Shown here one piece after another: positions 10,606 to 20,813 of a DNA stretch of 64,000 nt (position 1 is its first letter; every line of letters starts with the position of its first letter). The position numbers and the translations under genes were made by a program. Origin of the DNA: Longimicrobiales bacterium (GTDB lineage Bacteria > Gemmatimonadota > Gemmatimonadetes > Longimicrobiales > Gaopeijiaceae); the NCBI GenBank assembly GCA_963664435.2, contig CAXXKM010000001.1, positions 416,001 to 480,000 of the forward strand. The letters run 5' to 3'. The notes under the pieces were generated by a model. The model made no database searches. It saw nothing but the letters and a program-made list of their open reading frames with translations, and had not been told where the DNA came from.

Positions 10606-12030
10606 ATGAACATTCTCACGCGCTATCTGATCCGGGCGCACGTGGCGCCGTTCTTCTTCTCGCTCACTGTGCTCACCGGCCTCTTCTTCCTCAATCTGGT
10701 CGCCCTGCGGATGGGCGCGCTGATGGGCAAGGGACTGCCGTGGCAGGTCTATGCGGAGTTCATGCTTCTCTCGCTCCCTCACACGCTCGCGCTCACCATT
10801 CCGATGTCGGTGCTCGTGGCCGTGCTCTACGCCTTCTCGGAACTCACGGAGGCCAACGAGATCACCGCGATGTCCGCCGGCGGCGTGCGCCCCGCGCGGA
10901 TTCTTGTTCCCCTGCTCACCGCGGGCACGATCACGGCCGCCCTGGTCTTCGTGCTGCACGACCGCGTGCTCCCCGAATCCAATCATCGCCTCAAGAACCT
11001 CATGGTCGACGTCCAGGGAAAGAGCCCCACGTTCCGCCTGCGCGAGCAGGTGATCAACGAGATCCAGGCCGTCAACGGCGCCACCCGCTACTTCCTGCAG
11101 GCACACAGCATCGATCCGCTGACCAATGAACTCGAGGATGTCACCATCTTCGACGTTAGCGAATACGACCAATATCGCACCATCTATGCCAACCGGGGCA
11201 CGATGGCGTTCGACGAGAGCGGCACCGATCTCTTTCTGACGCTCTTCGACGGCCACGCCTACGAGGTGAGCGACATGCGGCCGTCCGGCTTCCGGCAGCT
11301 GGCCTTCGCCAGACAGATCATCCCCATGCGCGGAGTCGCGGACGTGCTGGAGCGCAGCGACAGCGAACAGCGCGGGGACCGGGAGATGTCCACGGCCATG
11401 CTCGCGGAGGAGGTGCGCAAGGCCCGCGAAGAGCTGGCTGAGGTGCGGAGCGCCAACCTCGCGCGCTCACGGGGCGCGATGCGCGAAGCCCTGGGACTCG
11501 AGGCGGTGGAGGGAGCGGAGATCGACGATCTGCTGCCCCCCGGAGCGCTCGAAAGCCAGCGCCGCATCATCGGCGACCTGGGGCTGACCCCGCCGGACCA
11601 GCTTACGGAGGCGATCGCCGCCAACCTGCGCACCAACGCCGTGCGCGAGGAAGGGCTCCTGCTCGCCGAGAACCGGTATCGCGTGGAGTTCCACAAGAAG
11701 TGGGCGATCGCCACCGCGTGCTTCATCTTCGTGCTCGTGGGGGCCCCTCTGGCGATCCGCTTTCCCCGGGGCGGGCTCGGCACCGTGATCGTGCTCTCCG
11801 GCGGCATCTTCGCCATCTACTGGACGACGCTGATCGGGGGCGAGTCGCTCGCCGACCGGGGCCATCTGGAGCCGAACGTAGCCATGTGGATCTCGAACGT
11901 CATCTTCCTGGTCGCCGGCATCCGGCTGGCCTCGCGCATGGGACGCGCCGTCTCCGCGCCTCGAGATTCGGGCCAGGGCGGCATCCGGCGACTGCTGGTC
12001 AACCGGTTCGGCGGGAGCGCGGACGCATGA
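10606..12030 (+). CDS. lptF: LPS export permease LptF (YjgP/YjgQ family)
   Basis: ILTRYL start, TIPMSVLVAVLYAFSELTEANEITAMSAGG, EFHKKWA, AMWISN; paired with lptG. Confidence 0.85.
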   Translation: MNILTRYLIRAHVAPFFFSLTVLTGLFFLNLVALRMGALMGKGLPWQVYAEFMLLSLPHTLALTIPMSVLVAVLYAFSELTEANEITAMSAGGVRPARILVPLLTAGTITAALVFVLHDRVLPESNHRLKNLMVDVQGKSPTFRLREQVINEIQAVNGATRYFLQAHSIDPLTNELEDVTIFDVSEYDQYRTIYANRGTMAFDESGTDLFLTLFDGHAYEVSDMRPSGFRQLAFARQIIPMRGVADVLERSDSEQRGDREMSTAMLAEEVRKAREELAEVRSANLARSRGAMREALGLEAVEGAEIDDLLPPGALESQRRIIGDLGLTPPDQLTEAIAANLRTNAVREEGLLLAENRYRVEFHKKWAIATACFIFVLVGAPLAIRFPRGGLGTVIVLSGGIFAIYWTTLIGGESLADRGHLEPNVAMWISNVIFLVAGIRLASRMGRAVSAPRDSGQGGIRRLLVNRFGGSADA

Positions 12031-13139
12031 GGCTCCTCGACCGCCTCGTCGCGACCAGTTTCCTCCGCATCTTCGTGGCCTTCGTGGCCGCCGTGCCCCT
12101 CCTGTTCGTGATCGGCGACCTCACCGAGAACATCGACGAGTACCTTGACCGAGGGCTCCCGATGGCGGAGGTCCTGCGGGCCTACGGATTCCAGATGCTC
12201 CAGTTCGTGTTCTGGTCCTTTCCGATGGCGACCCTGATCGGGGCCGTCTTCACCATTCACGCCATGACCGTGCACCGGGAGATCGTGGCCGCCAAGGCGG
12301 GCGGCATCTCCTTCCATCGGCTGGCGGTGCCGGTGCTGGCCCTGGGCGTCGCGCTCGCCGGGGTGTCGTTCTACATCAGCGACATCGTGCCCCGCGCCAA
12401 TCGCGCCGCCTTCGACATCCTCGAGGAACGCAACTTCAGCCGGGACTGGCGCATCAACTTCGTGTACCAGACCGAGGAGGGGCACAGCCTTTCCGTGCGG
12501 CGCCTGACCGTGATGGCCGGCGAGCTGCAGGACGTGGTGCTGGAGCACCGCCCGGTTACCGCGGAGCCCGGCTCGGGACCCTCCCTGCACGCGGTCGCGG
12601 ACCGTGCCTATTTCAATGACGAGTCGGGCTGGACCTTCAGCGACGGCTACGTGCGACGCCTGCTCCCGGATGCCCGCGAACAGACCTATCGGTTCGGCAG
12701 CATGAAGACGCGCGGGTTCTCGGAACGTCCGGACGAGCTGCTCGAGGCATCCCGCTCCGGAAACCGCATGTCCGACGCCCAGAACGACCGCCTGGCCCAG
12801 ATGACGCGCGCGGACATCGACCGGCAGGTGGGGATCATCGAGCGCAGCGGGGGCAGCGCCTCCGAGTACCTCGTCGAGCGCGAACAGCGCAGCGCGCTCG
12901 CCCTCGCCACGTTCGTCATGGTCCTCTTCGGCCTGCCCCTGGGGACCTCCTCCCAGCGCGGGAGCGCGGCCTACGGCGCCGGCGTGTCGATCGCCTCCAT
13001 CACCCTGTACCTGATCCTCTTCCGGGTTCTGGGGGCGGCGGCGGGCGCGGGGGTCTTCTCACCCACCCTCGCGGCGTGGACCCCCAACGCGGTGTTCCTG
13101 GCGATGGGCGCGTTTCTGATGTTTCGCGTGCGAACGTAG
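12027..13139 (+). CDS. lptG: LPS export permease LptG (YjgP/YjgQ family)
   Basis: ATGA overlap with lptF; MRLLDRLV, REIVAAKAGGISF, AAWTPN. Confidence 0.85.
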   Translation: MRLLDRLVATSFLRIFVAFVAAVPLLFVIGDLTENIDEYLDRGLPMAEVLRAYGFQMLQFVFWSFPMATLIGAVFTIHAMTVHREIVAAKAGGISFHRLAVPVLALGVALAGVSFYISDIVPRANRAAFDILEERNFSRDWRINFVYQTEEGHSLSVRRLTVMAGELQDVVLEHRPVTAEPGSGPSLHAVADRAYFNDESGWTFSDGYVRRLLPDAREQTYRFGSMKTRGFSERPDELLEASRSGNRMSDAQNDRLAQMTRADIDRQVGIIERSGGSASEYLVEREQRSALALATFVMVLFGLPLGTSSQRGSAAYGAGVSIASITLYLILFRVLGAAAGAGVFSPTLAAWTPNAVFLAMGAFLMFRVRT

Positions 13140-13181
13140 CAACGCGCGTGCGAACGGCAGGAACGCGCGTGCGAATGCAGG
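13125..13181 (+). repeat. Three imperfect ~20-bp tandem copies with core CGCGTGCGAA, starting in the lptG 3' end
   Basis: cgcgtgcgaacgtagcaa / cgcgcgtgcgaacggcaggaa / cgcgcgtgcgaatgcagg. Confidence 0.75.
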
Positions 13182-13206
13182 AGCGGGTTCGCATACGCAC
13201 CTTGGG

Positions 13207-13244
13207 AAAACAGCCCCGGAAGGGGTTCGTCCCTCCCGGGGCTG
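13207..13244 (-). terminator. Probable intrinsic terminator of the minus-strand LVIVD gene
   Basis: Stem CAGCCCCGG...CCGGGGCTG (13211-13244) followed by a U4 tract on the minus strand. Confidence 0.55.
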
Positions 13245-13281
13245 GCCGATGTGGCTTCGGGCCGCAGGGACCCTGGCCGAT

Positions 13282-15339
13282 TCAGCTGACCGGGCGATCC
13301 TTCGGCAGGATCTTGACCGACCACAGCCCCGAGTTGATGTCCGCGAAGAAGACGTTGCCCTTCCACGGCATCACGCCCCATGCGGCCGGAGCGTTGGGGA
13401 TGTACCCGAGCGGATCGTGCGCCTTGAAGACCGAGATCTCGCGTCCCTGGGTATACAGGTTCCCCATCAGGTCGCCGGAGATGTCCACCATCCGGAGGCC
13501 CCCCTCGTAGTAGGCCTCGTAGAGGATGTCGTCCTCGACCCACATGTTGTGGGTGCCGTACTCGGACACCTCGTAGCGCGCCACCATCTCGGGCGACTCG
13601 GGATCGGTGAAGTCCACGATCTGGATGTAGCCCGAGGTCGCCCGCGGATACCCGCCCCTGCCCGTCTCCGGGTCGTACTGGATCCTGTGGTCCGGACCGG
13701 TGCCCTCCCAGGCGAGCCCCTCGCGGCTGACGATCTCGTCGCCGGCGATGAGGTAGAACTTGCCGGTGGACTCCTGCAGGTAGGGGAATACGGCGTGCGT
13801 CTGGCCGGAGGGAAGCGGGATGTTGGTCACGAAGACCGGGTTCTCGGGTGAGCCGCCCCAGCGGCCGTTGCCCACGTCGACGACGACGATGCCGTTCTCC
13901 CACTCCGCCGAGTAGGCGACGCCGTCGTGCACCCAGACGTCGTGCACGCGGCTGTCCGGGTGGTCGTACTCGCCCGCGTAACGCGGGTTGTAGATGTCGG
14001 CCATGTCCAGGATGACGTACTTGTCGCCCGCGGACAGGACGAAGAGGTGCTCGTTGGTGGCGAACATGTTGTGCACGCCGCCGGTCACGCCCTCGTCCCA
14101 GGTGGAGGCGATGGTGGGATGCGCCGGATTGGCCAGGTCGAGGATCACCACCCCGTTGCGGCGGTTGGAGGCGCCCTCGCGCGAGATGACGCCGTAGCGG
14201 CCGTCGGGAGACGCCTTGACGTCGTTGGTGGTGCGCGCGTCGACCATGATGGAGTCGGTCTTGACGATGTTGGCGGGGTCGGTGATGTCCCACACGAAGG
14301 TCACCCCGTTGCCCATCTTGGAGCCCGTGAGCGCGTAGTCGCGCCCGTCGACCCCTTCCCAGATCCACAGGTCGGTGGTGAAGACGCGCGATTCGCGTCC
14401 CTGCCCCACGATCTCGAGCTCCTGCACCGCGCCCCGGCGGCTGACCCGCACCGACTCGCGCGCCGACAGGTGGCCGGCGGTCGCGACCACCGTGTAGAGG
14501 CCCGGCCAGTCGGCCACGAAGCGGCCGTCGTCGACCTGACCCGGGCCGGCGGGCGCCACGATGCTGTCGTCGGGCATGTAGGCGAGCGACCAGGTGACCG
14601 GCGCGCGCGGGACCTCGTTGCCGGCGTCGTCCAGTACGTTGGCGGCAAACTCCACCACGTCGCCGGTGAGGAGGTCGGCGCCACCGCCGGTAAGCTGGAG
14701 GGACGTGGCCGGGAAGGCCTCGATGGTGCGCTCCACCTCCCCCCTCGTCCCCTCCACCGTGGCCGTCACGGTGACCGGGCCCGGGCGGTGGGCGGTTACG
14801 TTGCCGAACGCGTCGACCGAGGCCACCTCGGTGTCGGAGACAGACCAGGCCACCTCGGCGGTCGGGCGCGCCGACCCGTCCGCGTGCAGGGCGGTCGCCG
14901 TGTAACGGACCGTCGTGCCGGCGTACAGCATGCGGTCGCCCGCATCCACCTCGACGGTCGCCACCTCCGGCCAGTCCACCACCACCGGAATGGTGAGCTG
15001 GGCCACCGGCGCGCCGCTGGCGGGCATCACCACCATGGCGCGCACGTCGTACTGGCCGGCCTCGAAGGCCTCGATGTTGCCGTCGCGGATGCGCAGGGCC
15101 CTTCGCGGCGCGCTCACCCGGATGGGAATGTCCACCGCCGCGCCGGCGGCGTCATAGGCGGTCACCCGGAGGGGCACGACATCCCCCACCCGCAGAGACA
15201 GCTCGGCGGGCTCGGCCTCCAGCCGGGTGACGACGGTGGGGTCGGGTTCGGGGGTCTGGGCGGCCAACTTCTCCGCCGAGGTGAGCGCGGGGGCCGTCAG
15301 GACGACGGCTACCGGGAGAATGAGCCTGAATAAACGCAT
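13282..15339 (-). CDS. Secreted Ig-like (Big_2) plus LVIVD-repeat beta-propeller protein
   Basis: Signal peptide MRLFRLILPVAVVL; WSVSDTEVASVDAFGNVTA Ig motif; repeated V.D...P..P blades (FVWDITDPANI, VILDLANPAHP, IVDFTDPESP). Confidence 0.75.
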   Translation of the reverse strand: MRLFRLILPVAVVLTAPALTSAEKLAAQTPEPDPTVVTRLEAEPAELSLRVGDVVPLRVTAYDAAGAAVDIPIRVSAPRRALRIRDGNIEAFEAGQYDVRAMVVMPASGAPVAQLTIPVVVDWPEVATVEVDAGDRMLYAGTTVRYTATALHADGSARPTAEVAWSVSDTEVASVDAFGNVTAHRPGPVTVTATVEGTRGEVERTIEAFPATSLQLTGGGADLLTGDVVEFAANVLDDAGNEVPRAPVTWSLAYMPDDSIVAPAGPGQVDDGRFVADWPGLYTVVATAGHLSARESVRVSRRGAVQELEIVGQGRESRVFTTDLWIWEGVDGRDYALTGSKMGNGVTFVWDITDPANIVKTDSIMVDARTTNDVKASPDGRYGVISREGASNRRNGVVILDLANPAHPTIASTWDEGVTGGVHNMFATNEHLFVLSAGDKYVILDMADIYNPRYAGEYDHPDSRVHDVWVHDGVAYSAEWENGIVVVDVGNGRWGGSPENPVFVTNIPLPSGQTHAVFPYLQESTGKFYLIAGDEIVSREGLAWEGTGPDHRIQYDPETGRGGYPRATSGYIQIVDFTDPESPEMVARYEVSEYGTHNMWVEDDILYEAYYEGGLRMVDISGDLMGNLYTQGREISVFKAHDPLGYIPNAPAAWGVMPWKGNVFFADINSGLWSVKILPKDRPVS

Positions 15340-15746
15340 GGGACCTCCTTGCAACGGGCACGACCAAGCTTGGCTTCCAGAATAGCGCGCGGGGGCCGGT
15401 CGTCGAAAGAAGCGATGGCCGATTTCGCGTTGCCCTCCGCCGCCGCGCCCGGCGCCATCGACAGAACAACGGGCATGTACCGGATGACGCCCTGATCGTC
15501 GATCGTCGCCAGGAGCCTGCCGTCGTGCCAGAACTCGACGGTATCGGTATCGGTGACGAAGGCATGGTAGCGCATGAACGCGCCGGCATATGTGGTGCGC
15601 CCTCGGATCGCCGCCGCCTCGCCGGGCGTGACCTCGACGCGATGCGCCGCCGCGGCCGGGACGATGCGCCCCGGCCCTTCGCCGCGAGGCGTCGTTGACG
15701 GCGCGCAGCCGGCCAGCACCAGCATCAGGCACAAGCACCTGGTCAT
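15309..15746 (-). CDS. Hypothetical small lipoprotein
   Basis: MTRCLCLMLVLAGC lipobox; 145 aa; co-oriented upstream of the LVIVD gene. Confidence 0.45.
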   Translation of the reverse strand: MTRCLCLMLVLAGCAPSTTPRGEGPGRIVPAAAAHRVEVTPGEAAAIRGRTTYAGAFMRYHAFVTDTDTVEFWHDGRLLATIDDQGVIRYMPVVLSMAPGAAAEGNAKSAIASFDDRPPRAILEAKLGRARCKEVPCVYSGSFSR

Positions 15747-16060
15747 TCCGTACCTCCGGCAGCGCGCCGTCCGCGTCCCCGGCTCCGGGCAACCCGCCTC
15801 GGAACTCCCCCGGCGCGGCGGACGTACCCCCTCTCCGCGCAACCCTACGCGCGCCTGACCGCTTCCGCCAGCGTTCACAGGTGGGCAGCGCCGGCCATGG
15901 CGCAGCCGGCTCGAGGACGCGGTCCTGGCCGCGATGCCACGCTCACCTGACGATCAGACGCCTTGCGACCAACGACTGGACGCCGGATAGATGAGCCTAT
16001 ATTGCATACTGTAATGTCTATCTCACATGCTGATCCCTTGGATCTCCGGACCGGAACCCC

Positions 16061-17380
16061 ATGACCCCACCCACCCCCGACCTCACCTCCGCCGAAGCCC
16101 GCGTGCTCGCCGCCATAGACGTCGACGGCCTGCTCGACACCATCTCGCGGCTGGTGGCGATCCCCACCGACCGGGGCCGGGAGACGCCCGCCCAGGAGCA
16201 GATGGCGGAGTGGATGGCCCGCGCAGGCATGAACGTGGACGTCTGGGAGATCGACTTCGAAGAGCTGGCCGCCCACCCCCGCTTCAGCATCGAGATCGAG
16301 CGCGGACGATCGCTGGGGGTGGTCGGCTCGCTCGGGCGCGCAGACGGCTCGCTCGGCGGCACCGGCCCGCGGGGCGGCCGAAGCCCCGGCCGCTCCCTCA
16401 TCCTCAACGGGCACATCGACGTCGTTCCCGCGGGCGACCTGTCCAGGTGGACGGTCCCTCCCTGGCAGGGCACCATCCGCGACGGCAACCTGGTGGGCCG
16501 TGGCGCGCTCGACATGAAGGGGGCGCTCTGCTGCGGGCTGTACGCGGTCCGCGCGATCGTGGATGCCGGGGTGGAACTGGACGGGCAGCTTCTGCTCCAG
16601 AGCGTGATCGCCGAGGAAGACGGAGGCGCGGGCACCCTGGCCGCCATCCAGCGTGGCTACGCCGCCGACGGCGCGGTGGTCATCGAACCCACCTGCCTGT
16701 CCCTCGCGCCCGCGCAGGGAGGCGCCCTGAACTTCCGCATCCACGTGAGGGGACGCTCCGCACACGGCGCCCTCCGCACCGAGGGCGTCAGCGCCATCGA
16801 CGGCTTCATCCCCATCTACCGGGCGCTGCAGGCGCTCGAGGCGCGGCGCAACTCCGGCGTCCGGGACCCGCTCTTCGCGCACTACGACGTGCCCTTCCCC
16901 CTGAGCGTGGGCACCGTGCGCGCGGGGGAGTGGGCCTCGAACGTGCCGGAGAGCCTCTGCTTCGAGGGCCGTTACGGCGTGGCCGTGGGAGAGGAACCCG
17001 CCGAGGCGCAGGCGATGTTCGAGCAGGCCGTGGCCGAAGCGGCTCGCTCGGACCCCTGGCTGGAGCGCTACCCGCCGAGCGTGGAGTGGTGGGGCGGACA
17101 GTTCCATCCGGCGGCCACGGATCCGTCGGACCCCATCGTGCGCACGGTCGCGGATGCCTTCCGGGACATCGAGGGACGCGAGCCGCGCATCGAAGGGATG
17201 CCCTACGGGGCGGACATGCAACTGCTGGTGAACGTAGGAGGCACCCCCACGGTGATGTTCGGCCCCGGAGACGTGCGCAACGCCCATCGTCCCGACGAAT
17301 GGGTGCCGATCGCTGAACTGGAGACGGTGACGCGGACCCTCGCGCTGACGGCGCTCCGCTTCTGCGGACACCGGGGCTGA
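16061..17380 (+). CDS. ArgE/DapE-family M20 metallo-deacylase/peptidase
   Basis: LNGHIDVVP, GRGALDMKG, EEDGG, IEP, GADM, AHRPDE. Confidence 0.88.
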   Translation: MTPPTPDLTSAEARVLAAIDVDGLLDTISRLVAIPTDRGRETPAQEQMAEWMARAGMNVDVWEIDFEELAAHPRFSIEIERGRSLGVVGSLGRADGSLGGTGPRGGRSPGRSLILNGHIDVVPAGDLSRWTVPPWQGTIRDGNLVGRGALDMKGALCCGLYAVRAIVDAGVELDGQLLLQSVIAEEDGGAGTLAAIQRGYAADGAVVIEPTCLSLAPAQGGALNFRIHVRGRSAHGALRTEGVSAIDGFIPIYRALQALEARRNSGVRDPLFAHYDVPFPLSVGTVRAGEWASNVPESLCFEGRYGVAVGEEPAEAQAMFEQAVAEAARSDPWLERYPPSVEWWGGQFHPAATDPSDPIVRTVADAFRDIEGREPRIEGMPYGADMQLLVNVGGTPTVMFGPGDVRNAHRPDEWVPIAELETVTRTLALTALRFCGHRG

Positions 17381-17517
17381 CAGCTCGGGAGCCGGCTCAG
17401 GCTTCACGGGCCGGCAGCGGCTGGTTCGATGCTGGTCTTCGTCAACGACACGCGCCCGGATCCCCCCTTGACCGGACGTAGTGGACCGGCTGCCGAGGCA
17501 TCAGGATTCGAAGTCGC

Positions 17518-18090
17518 TCAGCTCTTATCCCGGTCCATCGCTGCCCCGAGCGCCCTCGTGTACCATTCGAGGGTCTCGATGAAGCGCGCGAACGCCTTCT
17601 CGTACCTCTCCTCCCGCGGCTCCCCGTCGTCGTCGAAGCTTCGGCCCACGGTCGTGACGGCCATGTGCGCCACCGGGAGGGCCTTGAGGCGGAGGAAGAG
17701 GAGCTGCAGGTGGTTGTGGACCTGGACACCGCCGAAGGCGCCGGCCGAAAGCGTGACGACCCCCACCGGCTTCCGCTCCCACTCGCCATAGATGTAGTCG
17801 AGCGCGTTCTTGAGAACGCCGGGCATCGAGCCATTGTACTCGGGACTGACGATCACCACGGCGTCGGACTCGCGAATCGCTTCCGAGAACCGGACCAGTC
17901 GGGGCGGTGGATCGTCTCGACGGTAGAGCCGCTCCTCCATGATCGGGAAATCGAAGTCGGCAAGGTCGAGAAGCGGGGCCTCGGCGCCGGCGCGCCGCAG
18001 CCGGTCGCTGGCGAATCGGGCCACCTTGATCGATTGGCGGCCCCTGCGCACGGAGCCGACGAGTACGGGGATTCGCAGCGGGTCGTTCAT
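17518..18090 (-). CDS. NADPH-dependent FMN reductase
   Basis: VLVGSVRRGRQS, SPEYNGSMPGVLKNALD, KPVG; start at ATG 18090. Confidence 0.88.
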   Translation of the reverse strand: MNDPLRIPVLVGSVRRGRQSIKVARFASDRLRRAGAEAPLLDLADFDFPIMEERLYRRDDPPPRLVRFSEAIRESDAVVIVSPEYNGSMPGVLKNALDYIYGEWERKPVGVVTLSAGAFGGVQVHNHLQLLFLRLKALPVAHMAVTTVGRSFDDDGEPREERYEKAFARFIETLEWYTRALGAAMDRDKS

Positions 18091-18128
18091 GAAGTATCCT
18101 CCGGCCGGATCAGGGAAACCGGGGGGGG

Positions 18129-19184
18129 TCATTCCGCCCAGATGTCTCCCACCGTGAATCCCTCCGGGAAGGGATCCGTGTCGTCGACCACGTATTGGGC
18201 GATTCCGGTGATCCAGGCGGTGCCGCTCAGCGTGGGCACCACCGCGGGAATGCCGCCAACTTCGGTCTCCTCGACGAGCTCGCCCGTCCACACGGTGCCG
18301 ATGATGCTCTCGTGGCGGAACTCCTCGCCCAGGTCCAGTTCTCCCCTGGCGTGCAGCACGGCCATCTTCGCGCAGGTGCCGGTGCCGCACGGGGAGCGGT
18401 CCAGGCAGCCCTTCCAGCTCTCGGGCCGGTCCCAGCTCGGCCTGCCTGTGGAGACCGTGACCGCGTTGCGCCGGTGTGCATCGCCCAGGGGCGGCCCTGA
18501 GAGCTGTGAAATCGATACGCCTCCGATTTCCGGAGTCAGGGGATGCGCGACAGAGAGCTGCTCGGCGGCGGCCACGCGCAACATCTCGCCCACCCGCGTG
18601 ATCTGCCCTCCGTTCTCGGGCAGGAGCTCGATGCCGAACTGCTCTGCATCAGCGATGACGTAGAACATCCCCCCGAACCCGACGTCCACCGTCACCTCGC
18701 CGAGCCCGGGCACGTCCACCACGGCGTCCAGATGAAGCGCGAATGCGGGCACGTTGCGGAAGGTGACCCTGGTGACCTTGCCGCCGCTGACCTCGGCGCG
18801 GACCCGGATGAGCCCTGCGGGAGCCTCCAGCAGCAGCTCCGTCACCGGCTCCTGAGAGGGTACCATCCCGGTCTCGATCAGGACCGTGGCCACGCAGATG
18901 GTGTTGCTCCCGGACATGGGCGGGTACTCGGTGTGCTCCATGATGACGAAGCCGGCGTCCGCCTCCGGATGCGTCGGAGGCAGGATCACATTGCAGCAGA
19001 GCGCCGGATAGCCGCGGGGCTCGCGCAACATGCGCCGCCGCAGACCGTCGCGGTGACGGGCCAGCCACTGCGCCTTCTCGAACATCGACGTGCCGGGGAC
19101 ATCCATCACGCCGCCGACGATGACCCGTCCGGGCTCGCCGCCGGCGTGGGCGTCGACCGCCGTGACCATCTTCGATACGCGCAT
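18129..19184 (-). CDS. Proline racemase/hydroxyproline epimerase family protein
   Basis: DAHAGGEPGRV, EPRG, MSGSN, DRSPCGTGT. Confidence 0.9.
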   Translation of the reverse strand: MRVSKMVTAVDAHAGGEPGRVIVGGVMDVPGTSMFEKAQWLARHRDGLRRRMLREPRGYPALCCNVILPPTHPEADAGFVIMEHTEYPPMSGSNTICVATVLIETGMVPSQEPVTELLLEAPAGLIRVRAEVSGGKVTRVTFRNVPAFALHLDAVVDVPGLGEVTVDVGFGGMFYVIADAEQFGIELLPENGGQITRVGEMLRVAAAEQLSVAHPLTPEIGGVSISQLSGPPLGDAHRRNAVTVSTGRPSWDRPESWKGCLDRSPCGTGTCAKMAVLHARGELDLGEEFRHESIIGTVWTGELVEETEVGGIPAVVPTLSGTAWITGIAQYVVDDTDPFPEGFTVGDIWAE

Positions 19185-19312
19185 GTTCTACTCCGTGAAT
19201 TGGGGTTGGAAGATCGGGGATTCGCGGGGCGATGGCGTGCGCGGCGCCCTGCAGGCTCCCATACCAGGCCCCTCTGCCGGCTGTTGCTGAGGCGTAGATT
19301 CCTGGAACGTGG

Positions 19313-20743
19313 TTAGGGCTTCTCGGGCGAAGACATGTAAGGTTGGGTCGCGCTTTCCGGAGGGGGAGGCGTGAGCAGGCTCACCACCACCATCAGGAAC
19401 GCCGAGACGAGGAAGCCCGGCAGCACCGGGTCGATCGCGTCGGCCGGCCCCCACCCCTCCCAGGCGAGCGCGGTGGTCACCCCCCCGACCATGGCGGCCG
19501 CCGCCCCTTCCCGGGTCGCCCGCCGCCAGTAAACCCCGACCACGACCGGAATGAAGAAGCTCGATGCCATGAGGGCGGTGAAGAGCAGCACGATGAACTG
19601 GACCAGCTCGCCCTCCCCCACCCCGCTGAGGAGCAGCACGACCGGAATGGTCCCCACCACCAGAATGCCCGCCCGGTCGACCCACAGCCGCCGACCGGGC
19701 GGGGCGTCGGGACGGAACAACTGGTAGATGTCGACCGACAGCGCGGACCCCGCGACCAGCAGGAGCGAGTCCACGGTGGACATCATGGCCGCCGTGATCG
19801 CCGCCAGCAGGATCGCCCCCAGCGTTGCCGGGAGCACGGCGGTGGCGAGCATCGGCATGGCCAGGTCGCCGGTCGGCAGGTTGGGGAAGAGCACCACCGC
19901 CGCCAGCGAGAGCACGAAGACCAGCAGGTTCAGCGTGGTCACCGCGACGATGGTGAGCAGAATGCCGCGACGGATCGTGCGCATGTCGCGCATGGCGTAG
20001 AGCCGGATAAGCTTCTCGGGGGTCGCCACCCCGCCCAGCAGGAACGAGAGCCCCATGGTGAAGAGCAGCAGGGCGGGCATCGCCTCCCAGCTGAAGGTCA
20101 GCGGGTTGACCGCCTCGACATAGGTGAACAGCGGCTCGACCCCGCCCACCTGGCGGATTGCCAGCGGCACCGCGCAGATCGCGCCCAGCACCATGATGAT
20201 CAGCTGCAGCAGGTCCGTGTACACCACCGCGATCATGCCGCCGATCACCGTGTAGGCCAGCAGGATCGCGGTGAAGCCCACCATCCCCCAGCTCACCGGC
20301 ACGCCGAAGACGATGTTGGCGATCAGCCCGCCGGCCACGATCTGGGCCTGCACGTAGACCACCGTGGCGATGAGGATGATGAAGGCCGCGAGCGCGCGCA
20401 CGCCCTTCGAGTAGTAGCGCGTCTCGATGAAGGCGGGCAGGGTGAGCTGCTTTACGCGCGTGAACCGGGGCGCGAGCACCGCCGCCATGAACCAGTAGGC
20501 CAGCGGCAGGGCCAGGACGAGCCATCCGAACGACCACCCCGCCACGTACATCACCCCGATGGTGCCCACGAAGGTGCCGGCGCTGGTGTGTGTCGCGGCC
20601 ATGGTCGCCCCGCCCACCAGCCAGCCCAGCTTCCCCCCCGCGATCCAGTAGTCGGCTTCGCTCTTCGTCGCCCGCAGCGCGTACCACCCGATCGCGAACA
20701 CCACCACGAAGTAGAGCAGGAAGGTGGAGAGCTGGACGTTCAC
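19313..20743 (-). CDS. Sodium:solute symporter (SSS/PutP-like)
   Basis: About 13 hydrophobic segments; YTVIGGMIAVVYTD.LQ, AAMMSTVDS, YWRRAT..GA. Confidence 0.9.
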   Translation of the reverse strand: MNVQLSTFLLYFVVVFAIGWYALRATKSEADYWIAGGKLGWLVGGATMAATHTSAGTFVGTIGVMYVAGWSFGWLVLALPLAYWFMAAVLAPRFTRVKQLTLPAFIETRYYSKGVRALAAFIILIATVVYVQAQIVAGGLIANIVFGVPVSWGMVGFTAILLAYTVIGGMIAVVYTDLLQLIIMVLGAICAVPLAIRQVGGVEPLFTYVEAVNPLTFSWEAMPALLLFTMGLSFLLGGVATPEKLIRLYAMRDMRTIRRGILLTIVAVTTLNLLVFVLSLAAVVLFPNLPTGDLAMPMLATAVLPATLGAILLAAITAAMMSTVDSLLLVAGSALSVDIYQLFRPDAPPGRRLWVDRAGILVVGTIPVVLLLSGVGEGELVQFIVLLFTALMASSFFIPVVVGVYWRRATREGAAAAMVGGVTTALAWEGWGPADAIDPVLPGFLVSAFLMVVVSLLTPPPPESATQPYMSSPEKP

Positions 20744-20813
20744 CGGTCGTCCTCCCTGCTCGGCCGGAGGGCCCTCGGACGCGCGAGGTCGCGGAAGGTG
20801 GCGTGCAGCACGT

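Noticed and set aside
13125..13181. Possible mini CRISPR array
   Set aside because: Units are contiguous ~20-mers without unique spacers; no cas genes
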